Positions 11,670 through 24,790 of a stretch of DNA of 64,000 nucleotides are shown here, one piece after another; positions within the stretch are counted from its first letter, which is position 1, and every line of letters begins with the position of its first letter. A model generated the notes under the pieces. That model was not told the origin of the DNA and searched no databases. It worked only from the letters and a program-made list of their open reading frames with translations. Both the position numbers and the translations under genes were made by a program. This DNA comes from Asterias rubens (lineage: Eukaryota): positions 10,292,001-10,356,000 of the forward strand of contig NC_047067.1 of assembly GCF_902459465.1 (NCBI RefSeq), written 5' to 3'.

Positions 11670-14307
11670 GTACACAGTGTACATTTACAAATTTCCGGTC
11701 CAGACAAAAGTGAACAAGAAAAAACTGGCATCCAATGTGTCAGACCCAGGAAAATCTCCATTAGTATTCATGAGACTGGCGGTAAAGGCGTTTGTACCTA
11801 AATACACACAAACTTAATACACAATTAATCAAACTTTCCAAACACAATAATTGGATAGCATGTAATACATGCCTAAAGGCAATCAATGTTCCATCATTAC
11901 ATTACACATTAATATCTCCATATAAAATCAATTACACGCCAGATGTTATTAACTCACAGGATGTTTGGTGCCTCTTCAGATCTCATCCATTTTGCTTCAA
12001 GCTTTTGAGACCATGCGTCATTTTCCCCTAAATTCAATTTCTGGTAATCGTAGTTGGTGAGTGTACTCACGCCGTGCGCTTTCCCCCCGCCATAATTCAA
12101 ATCAAACTGACTAATTTCACCAAGTTCGGCAGTTCATAAATGAATTAAGACTAAAGAAATCCAACACTAAACATTCGCTCGTTAGGTAGAGTACAGTAAT
12201 TGCTTATTCCATTAGGACACATTGTACAATTCACCCGTTTAGCAGACGACGCCAGAGAGATGCTTCAGTAAATGTTTTCGCGCCATTTCGTTGGCGCCAC
12301 AAGATTTCGCGCGAACACGAAACACCAACTGGATTCTTCAATAGCGTGCGAGAAAGATTGCAGTTCATATTTTGTGAATTTATTGATTAAATCAAAGTTA
12401 GGAATCATTGTGGATAAACAGCTGATTTGCTAATCAACATTTGGACCTTGACATGAACTCGCGGTGTACCACACCAAACCATTTATAAATTATGCAACCC
12501 CGTGATTTTGAATGCCCCCTTCCCCTGATGGGCAACTGTTTTCTCTATAGAGAGTACAAAGGCAAATTAACAAGGCAAACCTGATCTTTTTGGGCATATC
12601 TTGGTTGCCGTCCAGAAGGGAATGTTAAAATTTTGCACCGATCGTAGATTCTGCCCAAAACCGAATTGTGACATAACAATCGAGTTGATTTTATTCATTC
12701 ACCAAAAGTTGATAAAAATCGTACAATAACGTCTTTCATAAAATATGAGATTCTCTTCAGAACTGTTTTACATGTAATGCCTTCTCTAAACGTGGTTTTG
12801 TGACTGAGTAACATTATGTTTTTCCTTTAGTGAAAGCGAATCTTTCAAATTTGTGCAGTTCATTGTGATCTTGAGGCATAGGATTTGAGGCATTGCATGT
12901 TGAGGTATCAATGTATATTTGGTTTGCGGTAACACCATGTGTGTATCTACTTGCCAGGTATAGTTTGTTCATTAGAGAACTAACTTGCTTTATTCTACTA
13001 CCGATTTCATAATAAAGTTGTAATATAAATTAATATTGTCCTGTGAGTCACTTTATAGAGCAGTTGCGAGTTATGGCTGTCGAAGCATTTGGCAGATATC
13101 GAGCCTTGCAAATTTGAGTGCAGACCTCAGTGAAAATACCATTTCCATTTTGTTAGACCATTAACTGTCGCATATCCCCACCTATATGGCGAGATAGTCT
13201 TACACCACCCGCAACTTCTGTCGTATCTCGTTTCCCGCCTTTATTGAATAATGTTACGAAAAAACCGTGACCGATATGCGACGGCGTGTTCTTTATGACA
13301 CGAGCATGACCGAGCTGTGCATCAGAATTGAGATCGATAGCGTACGAACGCAACACGTTTAGGCATGACGGACTTGCCTCCGATCCTCGTGCCCGTGCCA
13401 GAGGGCAATTTATTCTCGCCCCTGGGGACTACGCGATTGATTGCAAGCTCTACTGGGGGCTCGAGGAATACACACGAACCGGGAGGCAAATAGAGAAACA
13501 ATTGGGGATTTGGACAGAGGTATAGCATTTCTTCTTCACAGTGATGCATGTCCGGTCGTCGAGGACATTTCGATTTTACCCAGTTCAGGATTCTGCAATG
13601 TGTATGAACACAACGGCTGTTATTTGTAGGCGTCGACAAAAGGGTCTGGTGATTAATGATTACAAACAAAAGTTCACATCTATTTTGTTCATTGTTTTAA
13701 AATGAGGTTTAGCTGCACGTTAGGAGGTGAGCAAACACGTGAACGGGAACGTCAAAAAATGGTGTTGTTTCTAGGTGACGTCTACTTTGGGCTTAATTTT
13801 GGCTCACGTGATGTGACGTCTGCACGTACGTACCTGACGTGAAAAATTGGAACTTTCTAAAAACGTGAGGTCTAACAACACAATTTCCTGACATTTACGT
13901 GCAGTAAACCTCCCTAATGAGAAATGTGACCACGCGGGTTGTTAAAGCAAATCATAGGTAGCGATGGCCGCAACCGGCAGCTCAGTTTTCTACAAACGCA
14001 TAGAACAAAAGATTGAGAAAACATTAACAAGCGTATCACAACTAGACCCCAAGCTAGTACATGTATTGGGGCAATGGTAGTTTCTGTGATGAAATGGGGA
14101 TTTAAGTTTGACCAACAGCGCCACCAAGTGTCCAACATCCCTCGCTTAGACAACTCACGTTTTGGCAGACATTTTTTAACAAAATCTGCGGCTTTGCGGC
14201 TTGGACTTATGGTCAAATCACTGCAAAACTCGGTTTTTTTTCATCAATTAATTTCCAGCCAACCGTCACAATCGATGCCGAAATTGCTTTGTTTTGATGA
14301 CACAGCG

Positions 14308-14459
14308 TTACATGTTTGTAGAGTCATTTACAGGGCTCCATAGTATATTTTAATCTATTAAGGGCCATGTTACACGGGGCAATTTACATGTTTGTAGAGT
14401 CATTTACAGGCCTCCGTAGTATATTTTAATCTATTAAGGGCCATGTTACACGGGGCAAT
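14308..14459. repeat. 76-bp tandem duplication
   Basis: TTACATGTTTGTAGAGTC...GGGGCAAT twice, with few substitutions. Confidence 0.92.
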
Positions 14460-17400
14460 TTACAAGCAACCAACCAGTTCCAGGAAATCTCTAAGAAGAT
14501 AATCCATTCCTATTTGAACGTCACATATTTTTCTTTGTAATGCATAGGACATTGTTGGAAAAATTACTCTTGTGCCACCGAAGTGCCGTAGCAATATTGT
14601 TTGCCTCAAATTTGCCTGAAAAAGTTGTGTGGCAAAGCTTTTAGGCACCACGTCATGACAGAGAACATAAAAATAAAAGAAACATACATACATTAGCCGT
14701 CGGTTGAACATTCGATCCAAGATTGGCAATGAGCGATTGGACGCAGACTGGTGAGTATTTTGTTACATGTGCAACTGTACATAAAGACTATTCCACTTGT
14801 TTGCACATAGCCTTGGTATATTCTATCAAAGTATCGACCATCAATAAACACAATAAGGCACAAGGAAATCTTTTCTGCCATTATTTTGGAGCTCGGTTCT
14901 TGATGATTTTTTTTTTCTTCTTTTTGAGACAACATCAATAGAGGGCTATAATTGTGAATCAGTAACCTTTAAAGATAGGGACATGAATATGTTTGTCAAA
15001 GTATAATGTTAGTTAAAGCAACATGATCAACTGGAAGGTACAATAAAGTCCCATTTGCAGTTTTCAGCTGAATACAGTGTTTACTTGAAAACAGCAAAAC
15101 ATTGTCATGGTATTTTCACAAAAACATCGAGTCCATCCACATAATAGGAATGTGACAGCGGGTACCAACTACAATTGCTGGTCGAAGCATTCTCGAATGG
15201 ACACCAACCCAAAGAAATCTGAGAAACGGTTTAAGGTGACAAATTATCCAAACCATATCACTTTAAATAGAATCCCTTTTCAATTTTGTTTACCATCGAC
15301 AGCTGCAGTCTTCTCACCAAGAACGTTTTTATGGTCATTGATTTTTTTGAGACTTACAAACCTATGACTCTCAATAGTTTACCACCATGACTGTGTTTCC
15401 AGTAAATGCAATAGCCATGTTGTCATATTTTTCCCAAGTTACAACCCTATATGCCAGTATTCAAATGTCACCGTGTTCCAGTGGTAAGACTTGCAATCAC
15501 AAGGTTGTGGGTTCGAACCCGGCCAAACTGACAACTGATTTTACAATGACTAGAATAAGTATTGTCGTCTAGTGACTGACTCGAAATGTATTGATTTAGT
15601 TGTGCATTTATCAAGCAATGTAGCCACCATTAGGCGCAACGCAGCACCTTGCCGTCTTTGACTGATTTGTTACGGTATAATAATTGACTCATCAATGCAA
15701 CGCATGTTTAAGACATCTCGACTTGCGTTTCCAGTCAATTTGGACTTCATTGCACGCTTTACTGGCGACTCGTCCAGCTCATTTGGCACACACCACGCTC
15801 AAAACAATCTCAAATTCCTGTAAGTTTTTCTTTTACAGGCAGAGTCTTCACTTAACTGTTTATGAATCAATTACAAACTTAACATGGCAAGACCCGTTAA
15901 ACCAACCGAGGTCTACATTTTTTACGAGAAAAAAAATAGAAATTATTTGAAAACGAACAAAAAGAAGGAGGGGAAGGAGGGAATTCGCCGTGAGAGTAAT
16001 ACTCAACTGCCTGGAAAATCATGGCGTTTTACCGTGGTAGTTTAGGTCGTAGCACTTTGCCTATGCCGAATCGTTTCACATACACACAATCAATATACCA
16101 GTTAAATTGGACGGATGCAAGCGTGTATTAATGCTGCCCGCCATTATGCAGGCGCCTCTGATTTCGCTGCGGGCGATATCGTTCGGTTCTTCGATTTTTC
16201 GAAGAAAAAAAGCCCGCATTTTCAAGACGGTTTTCACCGACGTTTCCTACCTACACTAAGACAACATTTCTCCCTCTGTGTGTGTGTGTCTGGTATGTGT
16301 GGGCTGGAGATTAGATTCTTACAGCATTCAGCTGAAGGTATTTTGTAATTATCTTTCCTGTGTGTTGGGGGTGATACACGGACAGTAATATTATTATATT
16401 AAAGCAGTTGACGGTTTGAGTGGCTTCGACTTCGGCACGTTGTATAAACTCTGACGCATAACGTACTTAAGCCTCAATATTCACATGTGTTTAAGTGCCC
16501 TCGACTCTGCCGCTGTCCTATACAATATTAATACACACTCGAGGTTCAAAATCACAAATTTGTTTGCATTTGAAACAGAATGTGCATCATGAATTACACA
16601 GAAGGTCACACCAAACCTACAACCTTTTAACAACTTCATTCTGATAAGACCGGTAAAAGTGGTATCAATTAAATTTTAATATCTAACTTTAAGGTCCTTA
16701 ACTTAGGTCAAATGCAGTCTTTCAAGAAGGCTGACTGGTTTATACTTGTGTGGCTTCAGCGGTTCGTTTTGCACTGAGACTGCATTGCATTCGCAACATC
16801 TTTGAATACAAATATTCTTTAATTGGGTTATCAATGTAGGGATTTTCAATTGATTTAGAAAGTAAGACCCAATAAAAACAGGCTCTCGTGCAGCCACAGA
16901 GCGGCGCTGTTCCCGGTTTAAAAAAAAAAGGAACCAGACTATCTGCTCGTTCAGCCTCATTTAATAGTTACATTATTCGACTGGGGAGAAATCAAGATGG
17001 CAACACCATGTTAAAATGTCCATAAGACCAGACTCCATATGCCGCCTCTTAATATACATTTTGGAAACGTTTTTTATTGGTGACAATAAAACCTTATTAA
17101 TATTGGTTAACAAGTACAGTAGCTTTTTAAAGATTTCTTTGAACCTTTTCACTTCGAAGTAAAGTGGTTATGGGAAATGTACACGGTATCAGTTTGTGTC
17201 TCCCCAAATTCGAATCTGACAAACGTTTATGTCATAACGTTTCTTAGAATGTGTTTTCCAATTATTACGGAGTATTCTTCCGGCGCTCCAGAGTTCCGGC
17301 GATTTCTCAAAAAACCCGACCTTTAAAATTTGGTAAATATTCTTGTAATGCAAACAAACCTCCACCCCAATATTGTCACTCACCCTATGTGCAAACATCG

Positions 17401-18435
17401 AGAATGAATACTTAATCACAAAGGGGATCAGACTATTTTGCCAGTGCGAAGGGATTTTTTCCGTTCCTTTTAAATAATGAAAAAAAATATGAAAAAGATC
17501 ACCGGCTGAGAACAGTGTGCTGTTATTAAACTCTGACGTATTAGTTCTGCATGACAAAACATGTTCACGTCCGCACGGGTCATTTTTGTTCAAGTCGTGC
17601 CAACTAAAATGAAAACATGGGCTGTGTGTGGTGAAAGAAAATCTGCAAATTATTAAAAACATCTGCATCTGAATTATTTGTAATCTTGAGAGCTTACTTT
17701 CTGTGGAAACTTGATACCGTGGCAAGCAATTGCTCTGAAATTGAAGCCGTGCAGAATCAAAGGGTGTAGTCAGTCGTACACCTTTAGGTTTATAGTCGAG
17801 TTGATTGGTTTGTTTTGCCAAAATAAAATAAGTAGGATGTGTACCGAATGCCTTGAAAGTAAAAACGTTGGCGTGATGGTTGGTTTATGTGCAGGGATGA
17901 GAATTTACGAATGTGAGTAAATAGTCCTGGAAAAAAATGGATTGTGTTACAATTCAGGAGGTTTAGAGATTATGTGATCATCAGAAATACGAAACGAGGT
18001 TTGGACACGATGGACTTTTATTTTGGGTGATTGCTTTGCTTCTTTCAAAACAAAAATAAATGGCTCAAGGAGAATTTAAGAGGAAAATCGGTAAAAAGAA
18101 AAATCCAACGAAATCACATGCCTGGATACGTTTATCTTAATATTGACAATGTGTTTTTGTTTTAAGCCTTAGAGAAAGACGCTGCGGGGTCGAACAAAAT
18201 GAACTGGTCAAATTTTTGTGTCAAATCTTTCCCGAAAATATGACCGTACTTTATGCATCTGCCAAATGATGTATTTCTCTAATTAAATTTCTCTAAAAGA
18301 CTTTCCCCCGCACTGCCAATAAAATTACGGTTAAAAACGTCATCGACCACGAAACTACTGGCACACACAATTAAACACGTTTTGAAAGCCAGTCAAAGCC
18401 TCCCCAACACTTCCAACCGAAATCAACCCTGAACG

Positions 18436-18712
18436 TTAAAGGGATCGCCTTAGATCGGTCGAGTTGGTCCACGAAAAGCATTTGAAACAGTTTGTTACGA
18501 ATTCAATCTGGTTAGAAAGATGTTTTAAAAGTAGAACACAGTAATCCATATAAAATACGCCTCGAACTTGCGTTGTTTTCCTTTTATTTTACGATCTATC
18601 TCGGTCGGCCAATTTGTTGGAGTCAAAAATTTGACTCCATAAAATGGCGTGCCGTGTTAGTTCACGACGTATGAGAATAACCGTGTTACTTCGAGGCAAC
18701 GTGTGCCTTTAA
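18436..18712. mobile_element. TTAA-flanked MITE family 5
   Basis: TTAAAGG...CGAGGCAACGTGTGCCTTTAA; a related end fragment lies at about 9912-10009. Confidence 0.65.
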
Positions 18713-19101
18713 GAACCCAGTCATAGCGCGCCAATTACGGCACGGCGCGGCAAATCTAATCTTATACGATGACCTTGAAATTGCATGCTTGGGGAATCTC
18801 TACTCCCCCACACCTTTTACAGAGTCTATCATAGACACGTAAAGTACATTAGCAAAGTTGACAGAATTTAATTTATGCTTTGATAATCGCAGACGTTTAA
18901 TTCTAAATATAAATAAGTACATGCCATGTTGTAAATTCGATTTTCTGGAGAGGTATTGGGTTTAAAATTTCATGGCCGAGACGAGTTAAGCTTTTTCTTG
19001 AGGACTTTAGGAAGATCATATTTCTGAACATCTGCCACGCGGTTTCATGTATAAGAACATGCAAGTGTGGAATGGAAAGCAGCTTATGTGTATGAATTCA
19101 T

Positions 19102-19447
19102 TTAAAGGCACTGGACACTATTGGTATACTCAAAATATTTGTTAGCATAACAACTTACGAGGTAACGAGCAAGAGAAACGGCTTCCACTGTAGAAGCATA
19201 GTATTGGAGAAAGAGGTTATTATTTCTCACTCAAATATTTAAAGACTTCAGCTGGGCAAAGCCTTTTATTATGCATCTGAAATCACACAAAGTAATGCAA
19301 AAAGGGTGTGTTTTTCTTTCATCTTTCTTGCAAGTTCGATAACCACTTGAGCCTAAATTTTCACGGGCTTGTTATTGTATGCAGGGCCTACACCAAGTGA
19401 GCATATTGTTATTTGACATTACTACCAAACGTGTCCAGTGTCTTTAA
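19102..19447 (+). mobile_element. TTAA-flanked MITE family 1
   Basis: TTAAAGGCACTGGACACTATTGG...GTGTCCAGTGTCTTTAA. Confidence 0.85.
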
Positions 19448-20008
19448 GGATGTCATGCCCCTGCGAAGAAGACATTCACCGAATGCAAATCAAGTTATTT
19501 TGTCGAGAGGTTTGTTACAGACGTTATTGTGCGAGAGCGTCTGGCCAACTGTCTGCGTGTTGTGTTCAAATTATTTTGCAGTGTATGGTCTTGTAAATTT
19601 GAGATGGAACTCGACCCTTGGTTTTACTGCCAGTATACCTGAGTAATTCATGGAGCTGATTTCACAAAGAGCTATTAAAGATCACAATAAAGAGCTAGGC
19701 AATGAATCTTTAATGCAAAGTGAAATGCTGACGTCACAACAGATTGTGAAACTCACCATTAGACAAACTTGATTTATTTGTGAAATCAGGTCAGGTTTTT
19801 TATCTGAAGGACTACAACAAATAGGGCAAGAACAAATAATTGTGTTTTTGTCTCGGGACTGTTTTTTATTCAAGCCAAACGATAATTAAATGGAATTGCC
19901 ATTGATGTTTTAAACACTGGTTTATGCAAACAAAAATGCAAACAAAAATTCCTCGCATGGAAAAAGTGATGTTCATCCGGTTGAAATGTTTGAGTATGAC
20001 ATTTACCA

Positions 20009-20282
20009 TTAAAGACCATGGACACTAGTGGTAATTGCGAGATGATAAGGAAAGATTGTTACACGAAGTTGTGTGCTTTTAAATGCTTAATTCTGAGGTC
20101 TAGAAATCAAATTCAACTATTTTAGTGGAAAATTACTTCTTTCTCAAAAACTTCGTTACTTCAGAGGGGGCCGTTTCTCACAAAGTTGTATACTGTCAAC
20201 AGCTCTCCATTGCTTGTTACCAAGTAAGTTTTCATGCTAACAGTTTCTTTCAGTAACTACCAATAGTGCCCAGTGCCTTTAA
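20009..20282 (-). mobile_element. TTAA-flanked MITE family 1, reverse, internally deleted
   Basis: TTAAAGACCATGGACAC...CAATAGTGCCCAGTGCCTTTAA; internal sequence is the reverse complement of the other copies. Confidence 0.82.
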
Positions 20283-21565
20283 GTCAACCTCTTCAAAATG
20301 CAAACAAAAACTCATCACATCGAAAAAGTGATGTTCATCCGGTTGAAATATTCAAGTATGACATTTGCCATTAATGTAGTTGGGTCAACAGTCTTCCATA
20401 ATAAAATCCCTGCAAGGAGGGTGAATAAAATCAAAAGCAAATTCTCTGCAGCACCCCACAGAGACCGTTCCTATACCATACAATGTAACCATGTGTAGCT
20501 CGGGCCTAAATGTAACCCTAGCCCAGTATACATAAACATAGCCCATAGACTACGTTTATATACAGAGTTAAAATCACTTTTAGGCTGGGGCTAAATAGTG
20601 CTAAGTTAAGGCCTGGGCTACATTAGGTAATTGGGGGGGGGGCGACTACATTTAGATACATGGCTTCACTTAGGTATCGGGCTACTAGAGGTGTGGACTA
20701 CACAGGGTTATACATTTAGGGTATCGTACTGTACATTACGCTGCAGCTAATGTGTCAGACCTAGTGTGTTCACAGCGTGTAAATACACATCTCACATATC
20801 GTCCACTACGTGGGCCTGTGCCAGCCATATATTAGACTTTCCGTACTTCCAAAAACATTTACTCAATCACCGCACACTATAAGCGGAAGATTTTGTTATT
20901 GAGCCTTTGGGGATTGAAAACGCAGATGGAATACTTTCCGTAACCAGAAAACAGGTTTATATCTCCACACCTAGTAATCCCTTGCATACCGACGGTTTAC
21001 ACCGTGTCTATTTACTTGCATCATTTTTATCACAGTCTGATTTGGACGGAAATGAAAAAAAGTAACAAATAAAACAAAACGCATTTGGTACAAATTTAAG
21101 CCGAAACTTAACTATCTGTCGTGATTTTTACAGTGTATAACATTCAGATTTGGGTGCTTTGAAAGTAGAACATAATGATCCACACCAATAAACTGTTCAA
21201 AATTGTGGAGTTTGATTTTACTTTGTGAACTAATACAGGCTGCACCGTTGCATTCCTGTACTTTTATGTCCTTTAAATTAAATCCACACTGTCCACCAAA
21301 CCAAACCCCCGAAGAACTGTAAAATAAACTTAAAATAAAACATCACATATGCTAGCTCCTAGACGAATATAATGTTTCGCCCAGTAGGGCAAAATCGCCT
21401 TCTTTTTTTCAGAATCGTGCTCTCTGCAGAAATAATTTCATGGTTGAAATAGTAAAACTCACGATGCGCATCCCGCAGCAGTTTTAGGCCTCTTCTGTGT
21501 TTTGTATGCCTTGCGGAGCACTCGTCTCCGGTCGCCATGGAAACGGTACAAAATTTACAGCAGCT

Positions 21566-21928
21566 TTAAAGGCACTGGACACTATTGGTAATTACTCAAA
21601 ATAATTGTTATCATAATAACTATTAAACTTGGTATTAACAAGCAATGGAGAGCTGTTGATAGTATAAAACATTGTGAGAAACGGCTCCCTCTGAAGTAAC
21701 GTAGTTTTCGAGAAAGGTTTTTCTCATAAAATATTAAAAACCTTCAGGCTTGAAGCCTTTTTAGGCATCTGAAAGCACACAAATTTGGGCAACAAGGGTG
21801 TTTTTTCTTTCATTATTTTCTTGCGACTTCTATGAACAGTTGAGCCCGCAGATTTTTTTTTAAATGCATATCGGGATATACCAAGTGAGAATACTGGTCT
21901 TTGACAATTACCAAAGGTGTCCAGTGCC
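21566..21928 (+). mobile_element. TTAA-flanked MITE family 1
   Basis: Left TIR intact; right end GTGTCCAGTGCC with the TTAA lost. Confidence 0.85.
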
Positions 21929-23331
21929 CCCAGAGTGCAAAACTACTATAGTAGTTTGGATGACAGTATACACAAATATTCTTTGTATCAAATTGTTTAT
22001 GGTGCAGTGCAAGAAATATAACAGCGTAGTTACTCATGTGAGCAACTATTTCAAATTTCATAAGGCAATGAGTATTAACTGAAGATGTTTAAATGAATAC
22101 ATTTTCCTAAAAAAAGAAACACTTCATTGTATACTCCCCTTTAATACTGAGAACATCCACCGTGGAGCCTGCCAAGCAACTTCATCTCACTAATAACTGT
22201 CATTTGAGACGAAAATATATTGACAACCAAAACACACCTGAAGGCCTTTCTTGACCTGTGACCCCCATGTTGCTAAGGAGCTCTCGTCTCTAACAGTTGT
22301 CATGGAGACGAAAGAGATTGACAAGCGGAATCTCTCTTCCTCTCTCCTTCTCTCTCAATCAGCGTACATCACAAGCACCCTTGAGAGATCCCGAGCCTGG
22401 GATGCTTCTACTGGGCCAAAATCTTGGTCATCTTACATGAGATGCGAAACGATCCAAGTCTATTCTCATTACAGCTAAAGCTGTTCTCAAGTTACCCCGG
22501 AGAAAGAATTTGCTAGAGTGGATGTTGCGAGAATGCAGTGGGGGTCTTTTGTGAGTTTTCCCTCCATCTGAGATGGGACCTTGGGGGGGGGGGGGGTATA
22601 CTGTAATGTTTCATCCCGGTATGTTATTCATGTTCACGGAGAAGGCGAGCTTTTCAAACAGGATTATCTGCCACACACATCAAGTACCTGCACATGACAA
22701 TCAGCCTCTCACGTGTGGGAACACCTTTAAAACACCGTTGTCCATGCGCCACCACATGCGTCAAAATGAAAGCCCCTATTCAGTCTTAAATCTCCTAATT
22801 TCGTTTGGCGTATTGCCTTCTTGTTCGCTGTTTATTTAAACTGAATGCATACGATTAAATAGACTCCACGCTGTGAACGTTTAAAGGAGACGAACGTCTT
22901 TGGTTTTGGGAACCGTTCAATTGTTTTAAGAGTCCTATATAAATGTGTTATATATCGGCCTACACATAAATACTAAACTATGAAAGTTTCAATCCAAAAG
23001 GTGTTGGCGTTTCTGAGATATCGCCAAAAATCTAGAGCGAATTTTTACCACGCAGGGTGAGAATAATTCGTAATTGGAATACACAACCTGTGAAACGTTT
23101 GTGAATTTCCAACTTTCGTAAAATAAAAAAAGGGAGACATTTCCTCCCATATAAGCACACTACTTCGACGTGAAATTAATCTTAAAATGCTTGATACTAT
23201 CGAAAGCTGCTGTACCACTAACCAAGTAAGTAATTTGTTATTGCCATTAATTTTAGGAGTGGTTACCAACATATCCACCCCCCGGCAATAAAACGAATTG
23301 GTTGTGGTAGTTTCTCCTGACACACTTAAAG

Positions 23332-23480
23332 GTCAGGTTGGTGTAGTGATGTCTTTCCTTGCCTTCCACCCCTGGGACCCGGTTCGAATCTCACTGGGAC
23401 ACTATATGGATTGGGTTTTTTTTTTAGTCCCTACTTGACTGTGTTTTTTTCCTGGAATAATTCTCTTATGTTTTCCTCCA
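23332..23480 (+). mobile_element. tRNA-derived SINE fragment
   Basis: TCAGGTTGGTGTAGTG...CCCGGTTCGAATCTCAC; a homologous head at 39752-39818 is cut by a Harbinger-like MITE. Confidence 0.6.
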
Positions 23481-23822
23481 ACATTTAAAGTTGAATGATA
23501 AGAGCGTTGAGAATATATATTAAGATTCAGGGGCCTTATTCATGAAGCCCTCGTAAATCGGTCACTTACGTGGCTCTAAGTAAGACGTTAGTAAGACTTT
23601 AGTAAGCCCTTACGTGTTATTTAGGAAGCATTCGTATCGCTTTACTACCGCGTTACTTACTAAACCTCGTAACGCCTTTTTAAGCGGGAACGCGCTTTAA
23701 GCTGAACAGTCATGGATTTGTTATGTAATTCACTGGAGCGTGATCTCATTGTCCAGAACGAGTATTTATACTGTGACTGGACTGGCTACGGTCATTTAGA
23801 AGACATTTGTCACCCTGCAAAC

Positions 23823-24035
23823 ATGGAGAGCCAGACTAAAGTAAGGAGGAAGACCGTTGTCCCGCAACGCGAGGAGGCAAAGGGGAATCATTGGAAGGCG
23901 AAGTTTCTCGCCTGCTGAGACAGTGAAGATAGTTGACCTTGTTGCATTGAATTGGTAGGTGCTTAATAACAAATTTCAGATGTTGTAACGCTGAAGAGAA
24001 AGGCCGACACCTGGGCAAATCGCGGAGAAAAGTCC
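23823..24035 (+). pseudogene. Harbinger-type Myb/SANT-like DNA-binding protein remnant (NAIF1/MSANTD-like)
   Basis: With three frameshifts and one stop it reads KAKFSPAETVKIVDLVALNW*VLNNKFSDVVTLKRKADTWxQIAEKV, which fits the R/K..FS..E...lv.......L...F......K...W..I pattern. Judged by eye. Confidence 0.6.
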
Positions 24036-24222
24036 TCAGAAAAGTCCTCAGAACTACCAAATTGGTTCATCACGAATGTGATGACATTCAGAGATTTCGC
24101 AAGCTTTCACACGACGCAAACATGCAATACAAAATGTAGTTGGTTACCCCTAAACTAAAATTATAAAATAAATAAATAAACGAAGTAAATAAACGAAGTA
24201 AATAAAGTAAACGAAGTAAATA

Positions 24223-24790
24223 CTACAGAGCAACTCGTTCGCACCTTTGTAACCTCCCGACTTGACATGGGAAACTATCTCCTCTATGGACTGCATAATA
24301 AATTTACCGCTTGTCTCGCCTTCAAAATATTGCCGTCAGAATTGTAACCCGGTCCAACACTAGAGTCACATATCACACCTATCCTACAAGATCTACATTG
24401 GCTACCCATTAAGGATAGAATCATCTTCAAGATCCTTGTGTATGTCTATCGCTCATATCAAAAGGCACTTTATCACCATTTCTCTCAGAAGGACTCCAAC
24501 CCCATACTTCCAACCGCCAGTCTATATGCGATCTAACAACAAACATCTTTTAAGGAAACCCCTGGCCAAAACATCATGGGGTAAGAGATCAATTACTTCT
24601 GCTGCTCCTTCATTATGGAACGACTTGCTGGAACTTTCTCCATCAATAGCTTTGTTCAAAACTTCCCTAAAGCCTCATCTGATGAGGACTTCATAACCGT
24701 TTTTTCCCGTTTACTGTGTCACTGCGCGATGAGCATATTTAGATGGATACCCGCGCATTATACATGGCCACTATTATTATTACTATTAAC
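24223..24790 (+). mobile_element. Decayed L2/CR1-group LINE 3' fragment
   Basis: Remnants include EQLVRTFVTSRLD.GNYLLYGL, ITPILQDLHWLPIKDRIIFKIL and SAAPSLWN.L...FKTSLKPHL; GCGC...GCGC hairpin and (TAT)n tail. Confidence 0.88.

Noticed and set aside
13150-13670. GC-richer block with several overlapping short ORFs
   Set aside because: No motif or consistent exon boundaries; left unassigned.
6132-14172. Other minus-strand ATG+donor mini-exons (METGLKLL at about 6132, MVATFCYS... at about 7595, MTRLYVR at about 9652, MSAK at about 14159)
   Set aside because: None encodes a signal peptide and two are out of phase with exon 2; the 31427 exon fits much better. They cannot be excluded as minor alternative starts.
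17189-17821. 210-aa minus-strand ORF
   Set aside because: No recognisable domain, composition typical of non-coding AT-rich DNA, and no splice context.
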